From an uncultured Rickettsiales bacterium (GTDB lineage Bacteria; Pseudomonadota; Alphaproteobacteria; Rs-D84): a stretch of 64,000 nt of DNA. The notes under the pieces were generated by a model. The model searched no databases. It was not told the origin of the DNA and saw nothing but the letters and a program-made list of their open reading frames with translations. Numbering within the stretch: the stretch's first letter is position 1; each line of letters opens with the position of its first letter. The translations under genes were made by a program, and so were the position numbers. The stretch is taken from positions 4,570 through 68,569 of the forward strand of contig URSJ01000001.1 of NCBI GenBank assembly GCA_900550495.1. The letters are read 5' to 3'. Below are positions 51,077-60,832 of the stretch, piece by piece.

Positions 51077-51448
51077 ATGGCATTCACATTCTTGAAGCCA
51101 GCAGCGAAAAAAGTTGCTGCTAAAAAACCGGCTGCGAAACCAGCGGCGAAAAAAGTAGCGGCAAAACCAGCTGCCAAGAAAGTTGCTGCGAAACCAGCGG
51201 CAAAAAAAGTTGCGGTTAAAAAGCCAGCAGCGAAACCAGCAGCCAAGAAAGTTGTTGCGAAAAAAGCACCGGCAAAAAAGCCAGTTGCCAAGAAAGTAGC
51301 GGCAAAACCAGCGGCGAAAAAAGTTGCTGCAAAAAAGCCAGTTGCAAAAAAAGTTGCGGTTAAAAAACCAGCAGCGAAAAAAGTTGTTGCAAAGAAAGCG
51401 CCGGCCAAAAAGCCAGTTGCCAAGAAAACAGCAACCAAGAAAAAATAA
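51077..51448 (+). CDS. Lys/Ala/Pro-repeat histone-H1-like protein ([17 protein letters not shown] repeats)
   Basis: A 123 aa protein almost entirely of KPAAKKVA repeats. RBS aaaggagag; start at ATG 51077. The antisense ORFs here are repeat artefacts. Confidence 0.55.
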   Translation: MAFTFLKPAAKKVAAKKPAAKPAAKKVAAKPAAKKVAAKPAAKKVAVKKPAAKPAAKKVVAKKAPAKKPVAKKVAAKPAAKKVAAKKPVAKKVAVKKPAAKKVVAKKAPAKKPVAKKTATKKK

Positions 51449-51451
51449 TAT

Positions 51452-51530
51452 TTTCCCCACCGTCCGGTGGGGTTTTTGTTCGAAGAAAGTATCAGTCGCA
51501 TCATATTAGTGCGACTGAAATTTTTTTTAC
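51452..51530 (+). terminator. two tandem rho-independent terminators between repeat-protein gene and capsid gene
   Basis: ccccaccgtccggtgggg followed by ttttt, and tcagtcgca-tcatattag-tgcgactga followed by aattttttttac. Confidence 0.45.
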
Positions 51531-51667
51531 GGATAATTCTGAATCTGTGTTTGGAACCCGATATGTTTGTTTCGTCGTGGCGCACGTTTGTGCATAACCA
51601 TGTGATGAAATTTTATCGGCGCAATTTATTGCGCCACAACTTACAGAATTTAACCAAAGGAAAAAAT

Positions 51668-52501
51668 ATGTCTGTTTCCATAGACCAAGTATTTGTAAAA
51701 CAATTCGAGGCAGATGTTCATTTAGCATACCAGCAAATGGGCACAAAACTGCGTGGAACCGTTCGCAGCAAATCGGGCGTCGTCGGTGCGTCAACAACTT
51801 TTCAAAAAGTTGGTCGTGGCACCGCCGCAACAAAATCACGTCATGGCATTGTGCCGGTTATGAACCTGAATCATGAGCCGGTTGAATGCGTGTTACAGGA
51901 TTATTATGCAGGTGATTGGGTTGACGCATTAGATGAATTAAAGACGAATGTCGATGAACGTCGTGTCGTGGCCAGTGCCGGCGCATATGCGTTGGGGCGC
52001 AAAACCGACGAACTGATTGTGAACGCCATGTCGGGTGCAACCGCGTCTGTTGGTGATTATTCAGTGGGACTGAGTAAAGATTTGATTTTGTCAGCGGTTG
52101 AAACGCTGAACAGCAAGGATATCCCAGACGATGGTCGTCGCTTTGCCGTTGTTGGTGTGCACCAGTGGAACGAATTGCTGAAAATCACAGAATTTGTTTC
52201 GGCAGATTACGTTGGCAATAATGATTTGCCGTTGATTTCTGGTGGCGCATCTAAAAAGTGGTTGGGTATTACATGGGTGCTGTATAACGCGTTGCCATTA
52301 TCAGATACGACAAAACGCGATTGCTTTATCTATCACGCGGCCAGCATCGGTCACGCATGCGGCCAGGAAGTAAAAACAGATATTTCATGGCATGGTGAAC
52401 GTGCCGCGCACTTTATCAGCAACAGCATGTCCCAGGGCGCGGTCTTGATTGATGGTGACGGTATTGTTCGTATCAAATGCAAAGACAACGACGCACAATA
52501 A
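51668..52501 (+). CDS. phage major capsid protein (T7-like podovirus type)
   Basis: Start at ATG 51668 (MSVSIDQVF...) with an aaaggaaaaaat RBS. The composition and position match the T7 gp10 class. The upstream part of the longer ORF overlaps a terminator. Confidence 0.55.
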   Translation: MSVSIDQVFVKQFEADVHLAYQQMGTKLRGTVRSKSGVVGASTTFQKVGRGTAATKSRHGIVPVMNLNHEPVECVLQDYYAGDWVDALDELKTNVDERRVVASAGAYALGRKTDELIVNAMSGATASVGDYSVGLSKDLILSAVETLNSKDIPDDGRRFAVVGVHQWNELLKITEFVSADYVGNNDLPLISGGASKKWLGITWVLYNALPLSDTTKRDCFIYHAASIGHACGQEVKTDISWHGERAAHFISNSMSQGAVLIDGDGIVRIKCKDNDAQ

Positions 52502-52523
52502 AAAATAACCAAAGGAAAAATAA

Positions 52524-52754
52524 ATGGCTTTTCAGAATAAAAATTTGTCTGTGATTGCATATGCAAACGGGTTTACTCTGTGGCACTATGCAGAAAATGT
52601 TACATTGGCAACAATCACCGCCAGTGGTTATTTTAACGCTGTGAATACACTGATGAATACAGGCGATATTATTATCGTCAATGCGTCAGATAAAACGTCA
52701 ATCAAGGCGATAACCGTTACATCTGGAACTGTCACAACAGCGGCGTTGGGATAA
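52524..52754 (+). CDS. small phage structural protein (hypothetical)
   Basis: A 76 aa protein with an aaaggaaaaa RBS, between the capsid and tail-tube genes. Confidence 0.35.
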   Translation: MAFQNKNLSVIAYANGFTLWHYAENVTLATITASGYFNAVNTLMNTGDIIIVNASDKTSIKAITVTSGTVTTAALG

Positions 52755-52836
52755 AAATAAAATCATAAGTGATTTTTGTTTTGGGGTGGTGTGTACCACC
52801 CCAGGTTTTCTGTATCAACCAATGGGGGAAACGAAA

Positions 52837-53355
52837 ATGTTGACCAAGATAGATTTATGTTCAATGGCATTGCTGAAACTGGGCGAAAAACCGATACAAT
52901 CGTTATTAGATGACGCGCCGGCTGCGCAACTGGCCCGCACATTATTTGATCCGGTGATGGACGCATTGATTGCAGTGCACCCGTGGCGGTTTGCATGTCG
53001 CCGATTTGATTTAATCAAGGATGTCGATGGTGATTTCACCTTGCCGACCGAATGTCTGCGAGTAGTGAGGTCTGTCGGCAATATTGTTGGCAATAAAATC
53101 ATTGCACCGACCGATAGAATTTCTGTAATTGGTTTGGTGCGCGTTACACCGGACGCATTTCCGGGATATTTTGTTTCGGTGGCGGCAACAAAACTGGCGA
53201 TGGAATTTTGCGTCCCGCTGACCGGGGATCAAACGATATTCAGAATGCTGGCCGCGCTGTATGAATCAGAGTTACAGACGGCAAAATTCATTGATGGCAC
53301 AACATCATCGCCATCAAATATTGAAAACTTTTCACTGATAAATTCACGATTTTAA
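52837..53355 (+). CDS. tail tubular protein A (T7 gp11-like)
   Basis: N-terminal SMALLKLGEKPIQSLLDDAPAAQLARTLFDPVMDALIAVHPWRF aligns with T7 gp11 [44 protein letters not shown]. Confidence 0.55.
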   Translation: MLTKIDLCSMALLKLGEKPIQSLLDDAPAAQLARTLFDPVMDALIAVHPWRFACRRFDLIKDVDGDFTLPTECLRVVRSVGNIVGNKIIAPTDRISVIGLVRVTPDAFPGYFVSVAATKLAMEFCVPLTGDQTIFRMLAALYESELQTAKFIDGTTSSPSNIENFSLINSRF

Positions 53356-53373
53356 CGAATTACGGGGGATATA

Positions 53374-55089
53374 ATGGCAAATTTTATAAATACCCAGAAT
53401 TCTTTTGCAGATGGGGAAATTTCTCGCGAATTTTACACGCACGATAATCTGAACGGATTGGCACAATTATTAAATATGGATGTAATGTCGGGCGGCGGAA
53501 TAACGCGCCGTCCAGGATTGTGCGCGGGTGCCGAGTTGCCAAACGTGGCGCGTCTGGTGCCGTTTTCGGTTGGGGCGGATGCGGAATACATGCTGGCCAT
53601 TACCGATGGACATATATTGGTATTTTCGGGCACACAACAAATCCAGGACATCGCCGCGCCGTGGCCGGCAGATGCGATAAAATCACTGCAATACGCCCAG
53701 CGTTTTGGAACTATGATTTTTGTTCATCCAGATTTTCAGCCACGCGTGTTCCAGAGCGCGGCCGATGGATTTTCATTGTCACTGTTTGACTTTTCGCGCA
53801 ATGATTCTGATTTATCGGTCAATATTCCATTTGTGCGATTTGACGATACCGATGGTATTGAAATAACCGTAACAGCAAACAGCGCAGGTAATAACTATGC
53901 TACATTTACGACGAATCACGATTTTTGGACGTCTGATGACATAGGTGGTCGATTTATAGTTCTTGGTCGCCAGTGGACAATTACGTCAGTTACAGGCCCA
54001 ACTGTTGCCACAGCGCATACAAACGGAACATTCACATTGCCCGCCGCCGCCGTTACAGATTGGCGTCAGGCCGCGTTCAGCACGCGTCGTGGTTGGCCGG
54101 TCAGCATAACATTTCACCAGGACCGATTGGTATTCGGTGGCGCACGTGACTATCCGGCGGGCGTGTGGATGTCCCAGGTCGGTCGACACAATAACTTTGA
54201 CGTTGGGACCGGTTTGGATGACCAGGCGATATTTATCACATTACTGTCAGCCCAGCGGCAACAGATTTGCACGGTTGTCAGCGCGGATAACCTGCAAATT
54301 CTGACGACGGTGGGCGAATGGGCAATTGCGAATAAACCACTGACACCGTCATCGGTTGACATAAAGCAACACACGTCGGTCGGCAGTGTGTCGTCACGCT
54401 ATATGCCACCGCAAAAGATAGAGGGCGCAACCGTTTTTGTTGCCGCGTCCAGGCGTGATATTCGTGAACTGGCACTGGATGAACTGGGCGAAAATTATAA
54501 TGCGACCGACTTGTGCGCGTATGCGAAGCATTTAATGCAGTCCCCGGTTGACATTGCGTATAACAGTGCCGAACGGCAATTATTTGTCGTTATGGCGTCA
54601 GGCGATATGGCTGTATTGAATCAGAATACGGCGTTGGGGATTTCTGCGTGGGCCCAGTATAAAACAAACGGCGAATTTAAATCTGTTGCGGTATCGGCGG
54701 ACAAAACGTTCGTTGTTGTCGCGCACGATGGAAAATATTTCCTGGAATATTTTTCGCACGACGCGCTGTGTGATGCGCCGGCGTATAATTTCAGTGTCGT
54801 GGCCGCGGGCGTTCCCCTGCGGGGCAGTGGGCATAACGCCGCGCGTGCGCGTATTCGTAAAATTGCTGCACGGGTCAGTGATACAAAATCAATACTGATA
54901 AATGATATGCGATGTGTGTTGCCAGATGAAATATACGTCGCATCACATTCAGGCTTTACCGGTGATGTGTCAGTTGGTGCATTGGGCTGGATGAATGACT
55001 GTGTCGTGTCGCCATGGCGAATTTCGTCCCAGGATGCGGCAAAAATAACTGTCTTGTCGGTCACAATGTATGGATATTACACAGTTTAA
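53374..55089 (+). CDS. tail tubular protein B (T7 gp12-like nozzle)
   Basis: N-terminal FADGEISREF...GGGITRRPGL resembles T7 gp12 LKGGISQQPD...GLQKRPPL. A 571 aa protein immediately after the gp11-like gene. Confidence 0.5.
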   Translation: MANFINTQNSFADGEISREFYTHDNLNGLAQLLNMDVMSGGGITRRPGLCAGAELPNVARLVPFSVGADAEYMLAITDGHILVFSGTQQIQDIAAPWPADAIKSLQYAQRFGTMIFVHPDFQPRVFQSAADGFSLSLFDFSRNDSDLSVNIPFVRFDDTDGIEITVTANSAGNNYATFTTNHDFWTSDDIGGRFIVLGRQWTITSVTGPTVATAHTNGTFTLPAAAVTDWRQAAFSTRRGWPVSITFHQDRLVFGGARDYPAGVWMSQVGRHNNFDVGTGLDDQAIFITLLSAQRQQICTVVSADNLQILTTVGEWAIANKPLTPSSVDIKQHTSVGSVSSRYMPPQKIEGATVFVAASRRDIRELALDELGENYNATDLCAYAKHLMQSPVDIAYNSAERQLFVVMASGDMAVLNQNTALGISAWAQYKTNGEFKSVAVSADKTFVVVAHDGKYFLEYFSHDALCDAPAYNFSVVAAGVPLRGSGHNAARARIRKIAARVSDTKSILINDMRCVLPDEIYVASHSGFTGDVSVGALGWMNDCVVSPWRISSQDAAKITVLSVTMYGYYTV

Positions 55090-55114
55090 GACAAAATAAC
55101 CAAGGGAGTGAAAA

Positions 55115-55462
55115 ATGGGACAATTGGTTTCCGATATCCAAGAAGTTTTGGACTATAAAAAAAACAAGAGTGAGGCCAGCACCGCTCGCAAGAAAATCTT
55201 GGCAGATATGGCGGCTGACGAAAAAACAAAAACAAATTTGGTAAAAAAAGCCTTGGCAACCCAGCGCGCAAAATACGGTGCGTCGGGGATGTCAAATCGT
55301 GGCATGACCGAAGATGCCGTGTTGCGACGCCTGCAATCTGAAACGGCCGCGCCATATGATGAAAAGCGTCGCGCGTCGTTGGAAAAACTGCGCCGAGTCA
55401 AGGCAACAAAACCAAATTTGTTGAAAAAATTAATGGACCGATTTGACGATTTGGTCGCTTAA
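55115..55462 (+). CDS. small basic virion-associated protein (gp13-like position), hypothetical
   Basis: A 115 aa protein with an aagggag RBS. Confidence 0.35.
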   Translation: MGQLVSDIQEVLDYKKNKSEASTARKKILADMAADEKTKTNLVKKALATQRAKYGASGMSNRGMTEDAVLRRLQSETAAPYDEKRRASLEKLRRVKATKPNLLKKLMDRFDDLVA

Positions 55463-55473
55463 AGGGGGCGAAT

Positions 55474-56028
55474 ATGTATAAAATATCATATGTCGCTGAT
55501 GGCGTTACGACCGAATATCAATTTGTATTCCCGTTTTTTCAAAATGCTGATGTGCATGTCGCAATTGATGGCGTGGCCACAGACGCCGCTGCGGGAGTAT
55601 ATTCGGTTGTGCCAAACGATGATTTTACCGGTGGCAGTGTCGTATTTCAAAACCCTGTGCGCACGGATGCAACGATTGATATATTTCGGCGCGTCGCACT
55701 GAGCCGTGTGATTGATTACCAGCCGACGATGAAAGTTGACCCAGAATCACTGAACGCGGACTTTAATTTTTTATTGGCTGCATTTAGTGACCTGGACGGG
55801 GTGAATGTTGACCTGGCCGAGTGGAAAAATACCCACGATAATGTAATGAATTTTTTGAATTACAACCTGGCGGTGATTCAAGACAAATTATCGGGCGGGG
55901 CGGTATTGGGACTGTATCAAAATCTGCTGTCGGTGCTGGATGGGGCGTTGCCAAAATTGGTCAATGATTATGGGATGATTACTGATGTCGCGCCAAATGA
56001 AAACCGCGATGACTATGGCGTTCTGTGA
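55474..56028 (+). CDS. T7-tail-fibre N-terminal adaptor domain protein (no distal fibre/spike domain)
   Basis: YKISYVADGVTTEYQFVFPFF...VHVAIDGV parallels the T7 gp17 N-terminus TVLTYQLDGSNRDFNIPFEYL...VVVTLIGV. Only 184 aa. Confidence 0.5.
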   Translation: MYKISYVADGVTTEYQFVFPFFQNADVHVAIDGVATDAAAGVYSVVPNDDFTGGSVVFQNPVRTDATIDIFRRVALSRVIDYQPTMKVDPESLNADFNFLLAAFSDLDGVNVDLAEWKNTHDNVMNFLNYNLAVIQDKLSGGAVLGLYQNLLSVLDGALPKLVNDYGMITDVAPNENRDDYGVL

Positions 56029-56614
56029 TTTTATGGACCAATGGAACGCATTGCTGGGGATGAAAACGCCCGCGCACCATCGGCGGATAATGGAATTCTT
56101 GGTGGATACCTGGACCGCGCCACCAAATAGGGGTTTGCTGATGGCATTTCGGCATTCGGGTAAATCCACCGTTGTGGGGATTTTTGCAGCATGCGTGTTA
56201 TGTATGCGACCAGAATCGCGTATTCTGATTTTATCCGCAGAAACCACACTCTCGTCGCGCATGGTTGGACATATTCGTAACATATTAGAAAATCATCCGC
56301 GTTGCGTTGATATGATTCCAACCGGACGGCGAACGTGGGCCAGTGACCGAATAACAGTAAATCGGCCAATTGGCATACGTGAACCGTCGGTCATCTGTGC
56401 TGGTGTTGCCGGTAACATAACGGGCGCACGCGCAGATTTAATAATATGCGATGATGTCGAAGTTCCAAATACCAGCAACACCGCCGACAAACGTGAAAAG
56501 TTACGTGAACGATTACGGGAATTGGATTTTATCTTGTCCCCAGGTGGCACAATGATTTATATCGGAACGCCACATACGGTTGATACGATTTATCGCACCA
56601 GCGATGACGACTAA
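55985..56614 (+). pseudogene. terminase large subunit, N-terminal ATPase fragment (gene split by 3.3 kb insert)
   Basis: Walker A AFRHSGKST and Walker B LIICDDVE. It ends after GTPHTVDTIYRT. The remainder of the gene resumes at 59956. Confidence 0.55.
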
Positions 56615-57330
56615 ATCGATGTCGGCGCGTCGGGCGCATTGTCGGTATCAATTGGATCACGTGTGCTGATAAACGTGCGCAGTTTGCGCAGCAATTCATC
56701 ACCCGCATCACCAAACATCGGCAGATATGTTTCATATTCGGGCATGTCAGCCTGCAATTGCGCCCGTGCACGTTCCGACAGCGGTTCGTTCAGCATATCT
56801 GTTGCGACATGCCACAAGAAATACGCACGATATGTCTTGGTAATGACGGTCCATTTTGATAACAGTTCCGGTTTTTGGGCCAGGGCGGAATGAATTGCAA
56901 CCGGCCATTCATCGCCAAATTTGCGGATAACATTCAATTGCTGAATCTGGTTCAGGCCTTTTTCATCGGGGGTAAATGCAGCTATGCCAGATTCCAGTTC
57001 GCGCCACTCGTCTGCGTTTAGGGGGATTGTCACAATCGTTTCGGCCATTTGACCGCCATATGGTAACAATTCACGGTCAATGGTATCCATTCGTGTTTTG
57101 CCACTGCGCAGGTTTTCAATATGCTGGATTAACATTTTTCCGGTTGGCAAGACGCGCAACTCGCGTATGACTTCGTCATCAGCCTCGGCCACAAAGACGG
57201 GATTTATCGCCGCCCAGCCGCCGATTATGACGTGTTCCTGACGATACAGGTTTAGCAATTTTTGTGCGATTGTGCTGGCTCTGGCTTTCATGGGTTCTCT
57301 CTCTAATTTCTTGGGGTTATTCCATAACAA
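56611..57330 (-). CDS. hypothetical protein
   Basis: A 239 aa ORF overlapping the adjacent repressor gene by 14 nt. Confidence 0.35.
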   Translation of the reverse strand: MLWNNPKKLEREPMKARASTIAQKLLNLYRQEHVIIGGWAAINPVFVAEADDEVIRELRVLPTGKMLIQHIENLRSGKTRMDTIDRELLPYGGQMAETIVTIPLNADEWRELESGIAAFTPDEKGLNQIQQLNVIRKFGDEWPVAIHSALAQKPELLSKWTVITKTYRAYFLWHVATDMLNEPLSERARAQLQADMPEYETYLPMFGDAGDELLRKLRTFISTRDPIDTDNAPDAPTSI

Positions 57331-58324
57331 TCATAATAACCTTGTGCATGGTCTGACCGATTATTTTTTCGTCAGGCGATGAAATCTGGCCGTATATTTT
57401 GCCACGTGAATCTTGGCGCACACTGACAATTTGGGCTGTGGCAACCGTATCAGATGCCAATGCGCTAAAATCAGTGTCGATGCATACGGCCAAGTCACCA
57501 ACGGTGGGTGTCTGTGTTGCATCAGCGAAAACATACGAGTGTTCCGGGATAAAACCACCCATACGTTTCGAATTTGGAATAACAGCGTATATTCCGCTGC
57601 GTCCTTCCAGCGGCATTGGGGCAACAATCATCGTTTCATCGGATTTTTTGAATGCGATTGATTTGCCAGCGGGCGCACCAAATACCGGGACCAATTTTTT
57701 ACGTGCACTGTCATACAATTTTGCGCCATACAGCCCCCCGTGCATATCAATACCAGATGCAGGATTGTCTGGAATCAGAACAGATTTTACACGTTCTTTA
57801 ACCTTGCTGATTTGTTTGTTTAATTCGCCAGATTTATAAAGTGTGGCGATTTTATCGAACAGGCTTTGTGCACTCATTGCGAATGACCGGGCCAGTGGTT
57901 CAATTTCGTTTTGGTAAATTTCACGTTGGCCAACCTCTATCTTGTGATAGACGGATAGCGTCATGCCGGCGTCGTGTGCCGCCTGGGCAATCGTTTTACC
58001 GGTTTGCTGGCGAATCTTGCGCAGGCCCGAACCAAATATTTTCAGACCGCTGTCCTCGTTATCGGTCAGACGACGTTTAATTTCACTCTGCCATTGGTCG
58101 GCAACGGCGTCGTCTTCCTTGATAAATATGTCGGATAATTTGCAACCCAAAATGTTACAGATGTTCAGTAACTGTTTCTGGTTCAGACGGCGAACACCCT
58201 TTTCAATCTTGGATACGGCGGACAGGGACAAGTGCGACTGGCGTGCCAGTTCGGTCATTTTCATCCCCGCGGCCAAGCGGATGTTACGAATATTGTTTGG
58301 AAAAATGATTTCTTCTTGGGCCAT
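57317..58324 (-). CDS. CI/LexA-type repressor: two XRE HTH domains + C-terminal S24-peptidase-like domain
   Basis: HTH1 is MTELARQSHLSLSAVSKIEKG. HTH2 is IAQAAHDAGMTLSVYHKIEVG. The C-terminus VPVFGAPAG...AVIPNSKRMGGFIPEHSYVFAD...VSVRQDSRGKIYGQ parallels the LexA/CI cleavage domain. Confidence 0.55.
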   Translation of the reverse strand: MAQEEIIFPNNIRNIRLAAGMKMTELARQSHLSLSAVSKIEKGVRRLNQKQLLNICNILGCKLSDIFIKEDDAVADQWQSEIKRRLTDNEDSGLKIFGSGLRKIRQQTGKTIAQAAHDAGMTLSVYHKIEVGQREIYQNEIEPLARSFAMSAQSLFDKIATLYKSGELNKQISKVKERVKSVLIPDNPASGIDMHGGLYGAKLYDSARKKLVPVFGAPAGKSIAFKKSDETMIVAPMPLEGRSGIYAVIPNSKRMGGFIPEHSYVFADATQTPTVGDLAVCIDTDFSALASDTVATAQIVSVRQDSRGKIYGQISSPDEKIIGQTMHKVIMIVME

Positions 58325-58397
58325 AGCAAAACTCCTGCACTTGGGTGTTTCTTGACAAAATATTAGTCAATTTTTGCACGCGCCGCAAGTAAAATAA

Positions 58398-59957
58398 TTA
58401 TAATTCCATATCGTCAGGTATTGCCGATGCGTCAATTTGTTCAAATGCATCAACATTATCGGAATCAGATTTTGGCTGAGCCGTCGGCGTTTGGGCAAAA
58501 TCATTTTCGCCACGTGCGTCTATTTCATCCAGATTGTCAAACAGACTGTAATCGCCAAAAAACGCAGTTCGAACCGTTTCTGGACGACCATGACGGTTTT
58601 TACCGATGATGATGTCCGCCTTGCCACGGGCGCGTTCCAGGCGTTTTTGATATGATTCCTGAATCTTGTCGTTTGTGTTGCCTGAAATTCGTTGTGACGG
58701 ATCACGGTTGTCCAGATAGTATTCTTCGCGGTATGTGAACATGACAATGTCTGCGTCCTGTTCAATAGAGCCTGATTCGCGCAAATCCGCCAACTGGGGG
58801 CGTTTATCGTCGCGATTTTCCACACTGCGCGATAACTGGGACAGGGCGATAACTGGGACATCTAATTCCTTGGCCAGCATTTTCAGACCACGAGTGATTT
58901 CAGAAATTTCCTGGACACGGTTGTCATTTTTGCGCCCGCCCGGTGACGTCATCAGTTGCAGATAGTCGATTACAATCAATGCAATCCCGCCGCATTTACG
59001 CGCCAAACGACGGGCACGTGTGCGCATCATTGGCACCGACATGCCGGGCGTGTCATCGATATACAATGGCACGCGACTGATTGCCTGGGAATACTGGGAC
59101 ATTTTTAAAAATTCTTCATCAGAAAATGATCCTTCGCGCATTGCAGATGCAGGAATCTTGGACTGGGACGACAGCACACGCGTCGCCAGCTGTTCCTGGG
59201 ACATTTCCAGACTGAAAAACACGACCGCGCCCTTGTATTGGTCATTGGCGCGCCCCGATAGAATTGCGTTCGCGGCGTTAAATGCAATATTCATTGCCAG
59301 CGTTGTTTTACCCATCGCTGGACGACCCGCGATAATAATCAAATCACTGTGGTGCAGACCGCTGATTGATTTATCCAGTGCGTTCAGCCCCGTGGTCAGA
59401 CCTGATAATTTGCCGTCGGCCTTGTATGCAATCTCGGCCTCTTTCAATGCGCCCTGTAATGCGGTTGCGATTGGCGTAACCTCGCGACGGGTTTCACCCG
59501 CCGACGCCAGGTTGAATAATTTTTGTTCGGCAACCTCTATCTGGGTGGTGACAGGGTTATCCAAATCTTCGACAAATGCGTTGTCGGTAATTGATTGTCC
59601 CAAATCAATCAGTTGGCGCCGCAGGGCGTTTTCATAAACGATACGCGCATATTGTTCAACGTTTACAACCGTTGCGCCAGCACCCGCCAACTGGGTCAGG
59701 TAATCAACGCCACCAACAGATTCCAACGTTCCCTGTTGGTCCAGGTAATTTTTCGCGGTGATAATATCAAACGGAATACCCGCGGCAAATTGGCGTTCGG
59801 CCAATTTATAAATTTCCTGGTGCGCGGGATGCGAAAAATGTTCCGGTTTCAAAAATTCAGAAATGCGTTCTAATGCGCGGTTATTCATCAACACCGCGGC
59901 CAGGACAGCCTGTTCGGCCTCTAAATTAGTTGGCAAAGTTTTGGGAGTAAAGTCCAT
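58398..59957 (-). CDS. dnaB: replicative DNA helicase DnaB
   Basis: N-terminal domain PTNLEAEQAVLAAVLMN, Walker A GRPAMGKTTLAMNIA, and an acidic C-terminal tail. Start at ATG 59957; the longer ORF has an implausible N-terminal extension. Confidence 0.85.
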   Translation of the reverse strand: MDFTPKTLPTNLEAEQAVLAAVLMNNRALERISEFLKPEHFSHPAHQEIYKLAERQFAAGIPFDIITAKNYLDQQGTLESVGGVDYLTQLAGAGATVVNVEQYARIVYENALRRQLIDLGQSITDNAFVEDLDNPVTTQIEVAEQKLFNLASAGETRREVTPIATALQGALKEAEIAYKADGKLSGLTTGLNALDKSISGLHHSDLIIIAGRPAMGKTTLAMNIAFNAANAILSGRANDQYKGAVVFFSLEMSQEQLATRVLSSQSKIPASAMREGSFSDEEFLKMSQYSQAISRVPLYIDDTPGMSVPMMRTRARRLARKCGGIALIVIDYLQLMTSPGGRKNDNRVQEISEITRGLKMLAKELDVPVIALSQLSRSVENRDDKRPQLADLRESGSIEQDADIVMFTYREEYYLDNRDPSQRISGNTNDKIQESYQKRLERARGKADIIIGKNRHGRPETVRTAFFGDYSLFDNLDEIDARGENDFAQTPTAQPKSDSDNVDAFEQIDASAIPDDMEL

Positions 59958-60804
59958 GTCCAATATAGTATCCAAAAAATTTATGTTTTCAACGCCTTTT
60001 TTGCACGGATATAAAACACTGAAAATTCCGGTGGTTGATGATGCCGGCCTGTCCGTCTGGCCCGAATTATTCCCGCCGCATCGCATTGACGAATTGCGGG
60101 CGGCGGTTGGTCCACGACATTTTGCGGCGCAAATGATGTTGGAACCGGTTGCGCCCGAACGTATGCGCCTGGACCCCGGGGCATTACATTTATATGATAA
60201 TGCGTTTGATGCGCACAGTGCCAAAATTGGTGAACATAAAATCACTGGCGCATCGGTATATTGGGATCCATCAACGGGACGACGCGGTCGCGACGGCAGT
60301 GTGTGCGTTATGCTGTATCGTGATGACACAACGCGATGCGTGTTTATTCACGACATTTTATATATGACGGCGTCGGACGATGACGCGCACCCATTGGCGC
60401 ACCAGTGTGATGCGGTGCTGGAATTTATGGCGCGTCACAATATGCGTCGCATAGCGATTGAAACAAATGGAATAGGAAACGCGTTGCCAGAAATAATGCG
60501 TGACGCGGCCAGTCGCGTGGGTGCGCCAATTACAATTATGCGCATTACCAATAACAGGCCAAAGGTTGACCGAATCTTGGACGCAATTGAACCGGCCCTG
60601 GCCGCCGGGCGATTGTATGCGCACCGTGCGTGTTCACAAACACCATTTATTGCCGAAATGTTGGGCTGGTCGCCAATTGGCGGGGCGGGGCATGACGACG
60701 GACTGGACGCGGTGGCGGGCGCAATATGTGCCACGCCAACACCAATCCGCCCCACGGGACACCACGCCCCCACATATTCCGCAAACACGAATTTCAAGGT
60801 TTAA
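59956..60804 (+). pseudogene. terminase large subunit, C-terminal (ATPase lid + nuclease) fragment
   Basis: KIPVVDDAGLSVWPELF...AAQMMLEPV, then nuclease-domain acidic residues (DPSTGRRGRDGSVCVM...HDDGLDAVAGAI). ATG 59956 has a GGGAG RBS and overlaps the dnaB start codon on the opposite strand. Confidence 0.5.
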
Positions 60805-60832
60805 TGCATAACAACAAAACAAAGGAGAAAAT

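Noticed and set aside
50915-51585. Antisense ORFs (181 and 193 aa, minus strand) opposite the KPAAKK-repeat gene.
   Set aside because: They consist of low-complexity F/L/A/G repeats generated by the complementary strand of the Lys/Ala repeat. The plus-strand gene has the RBS.
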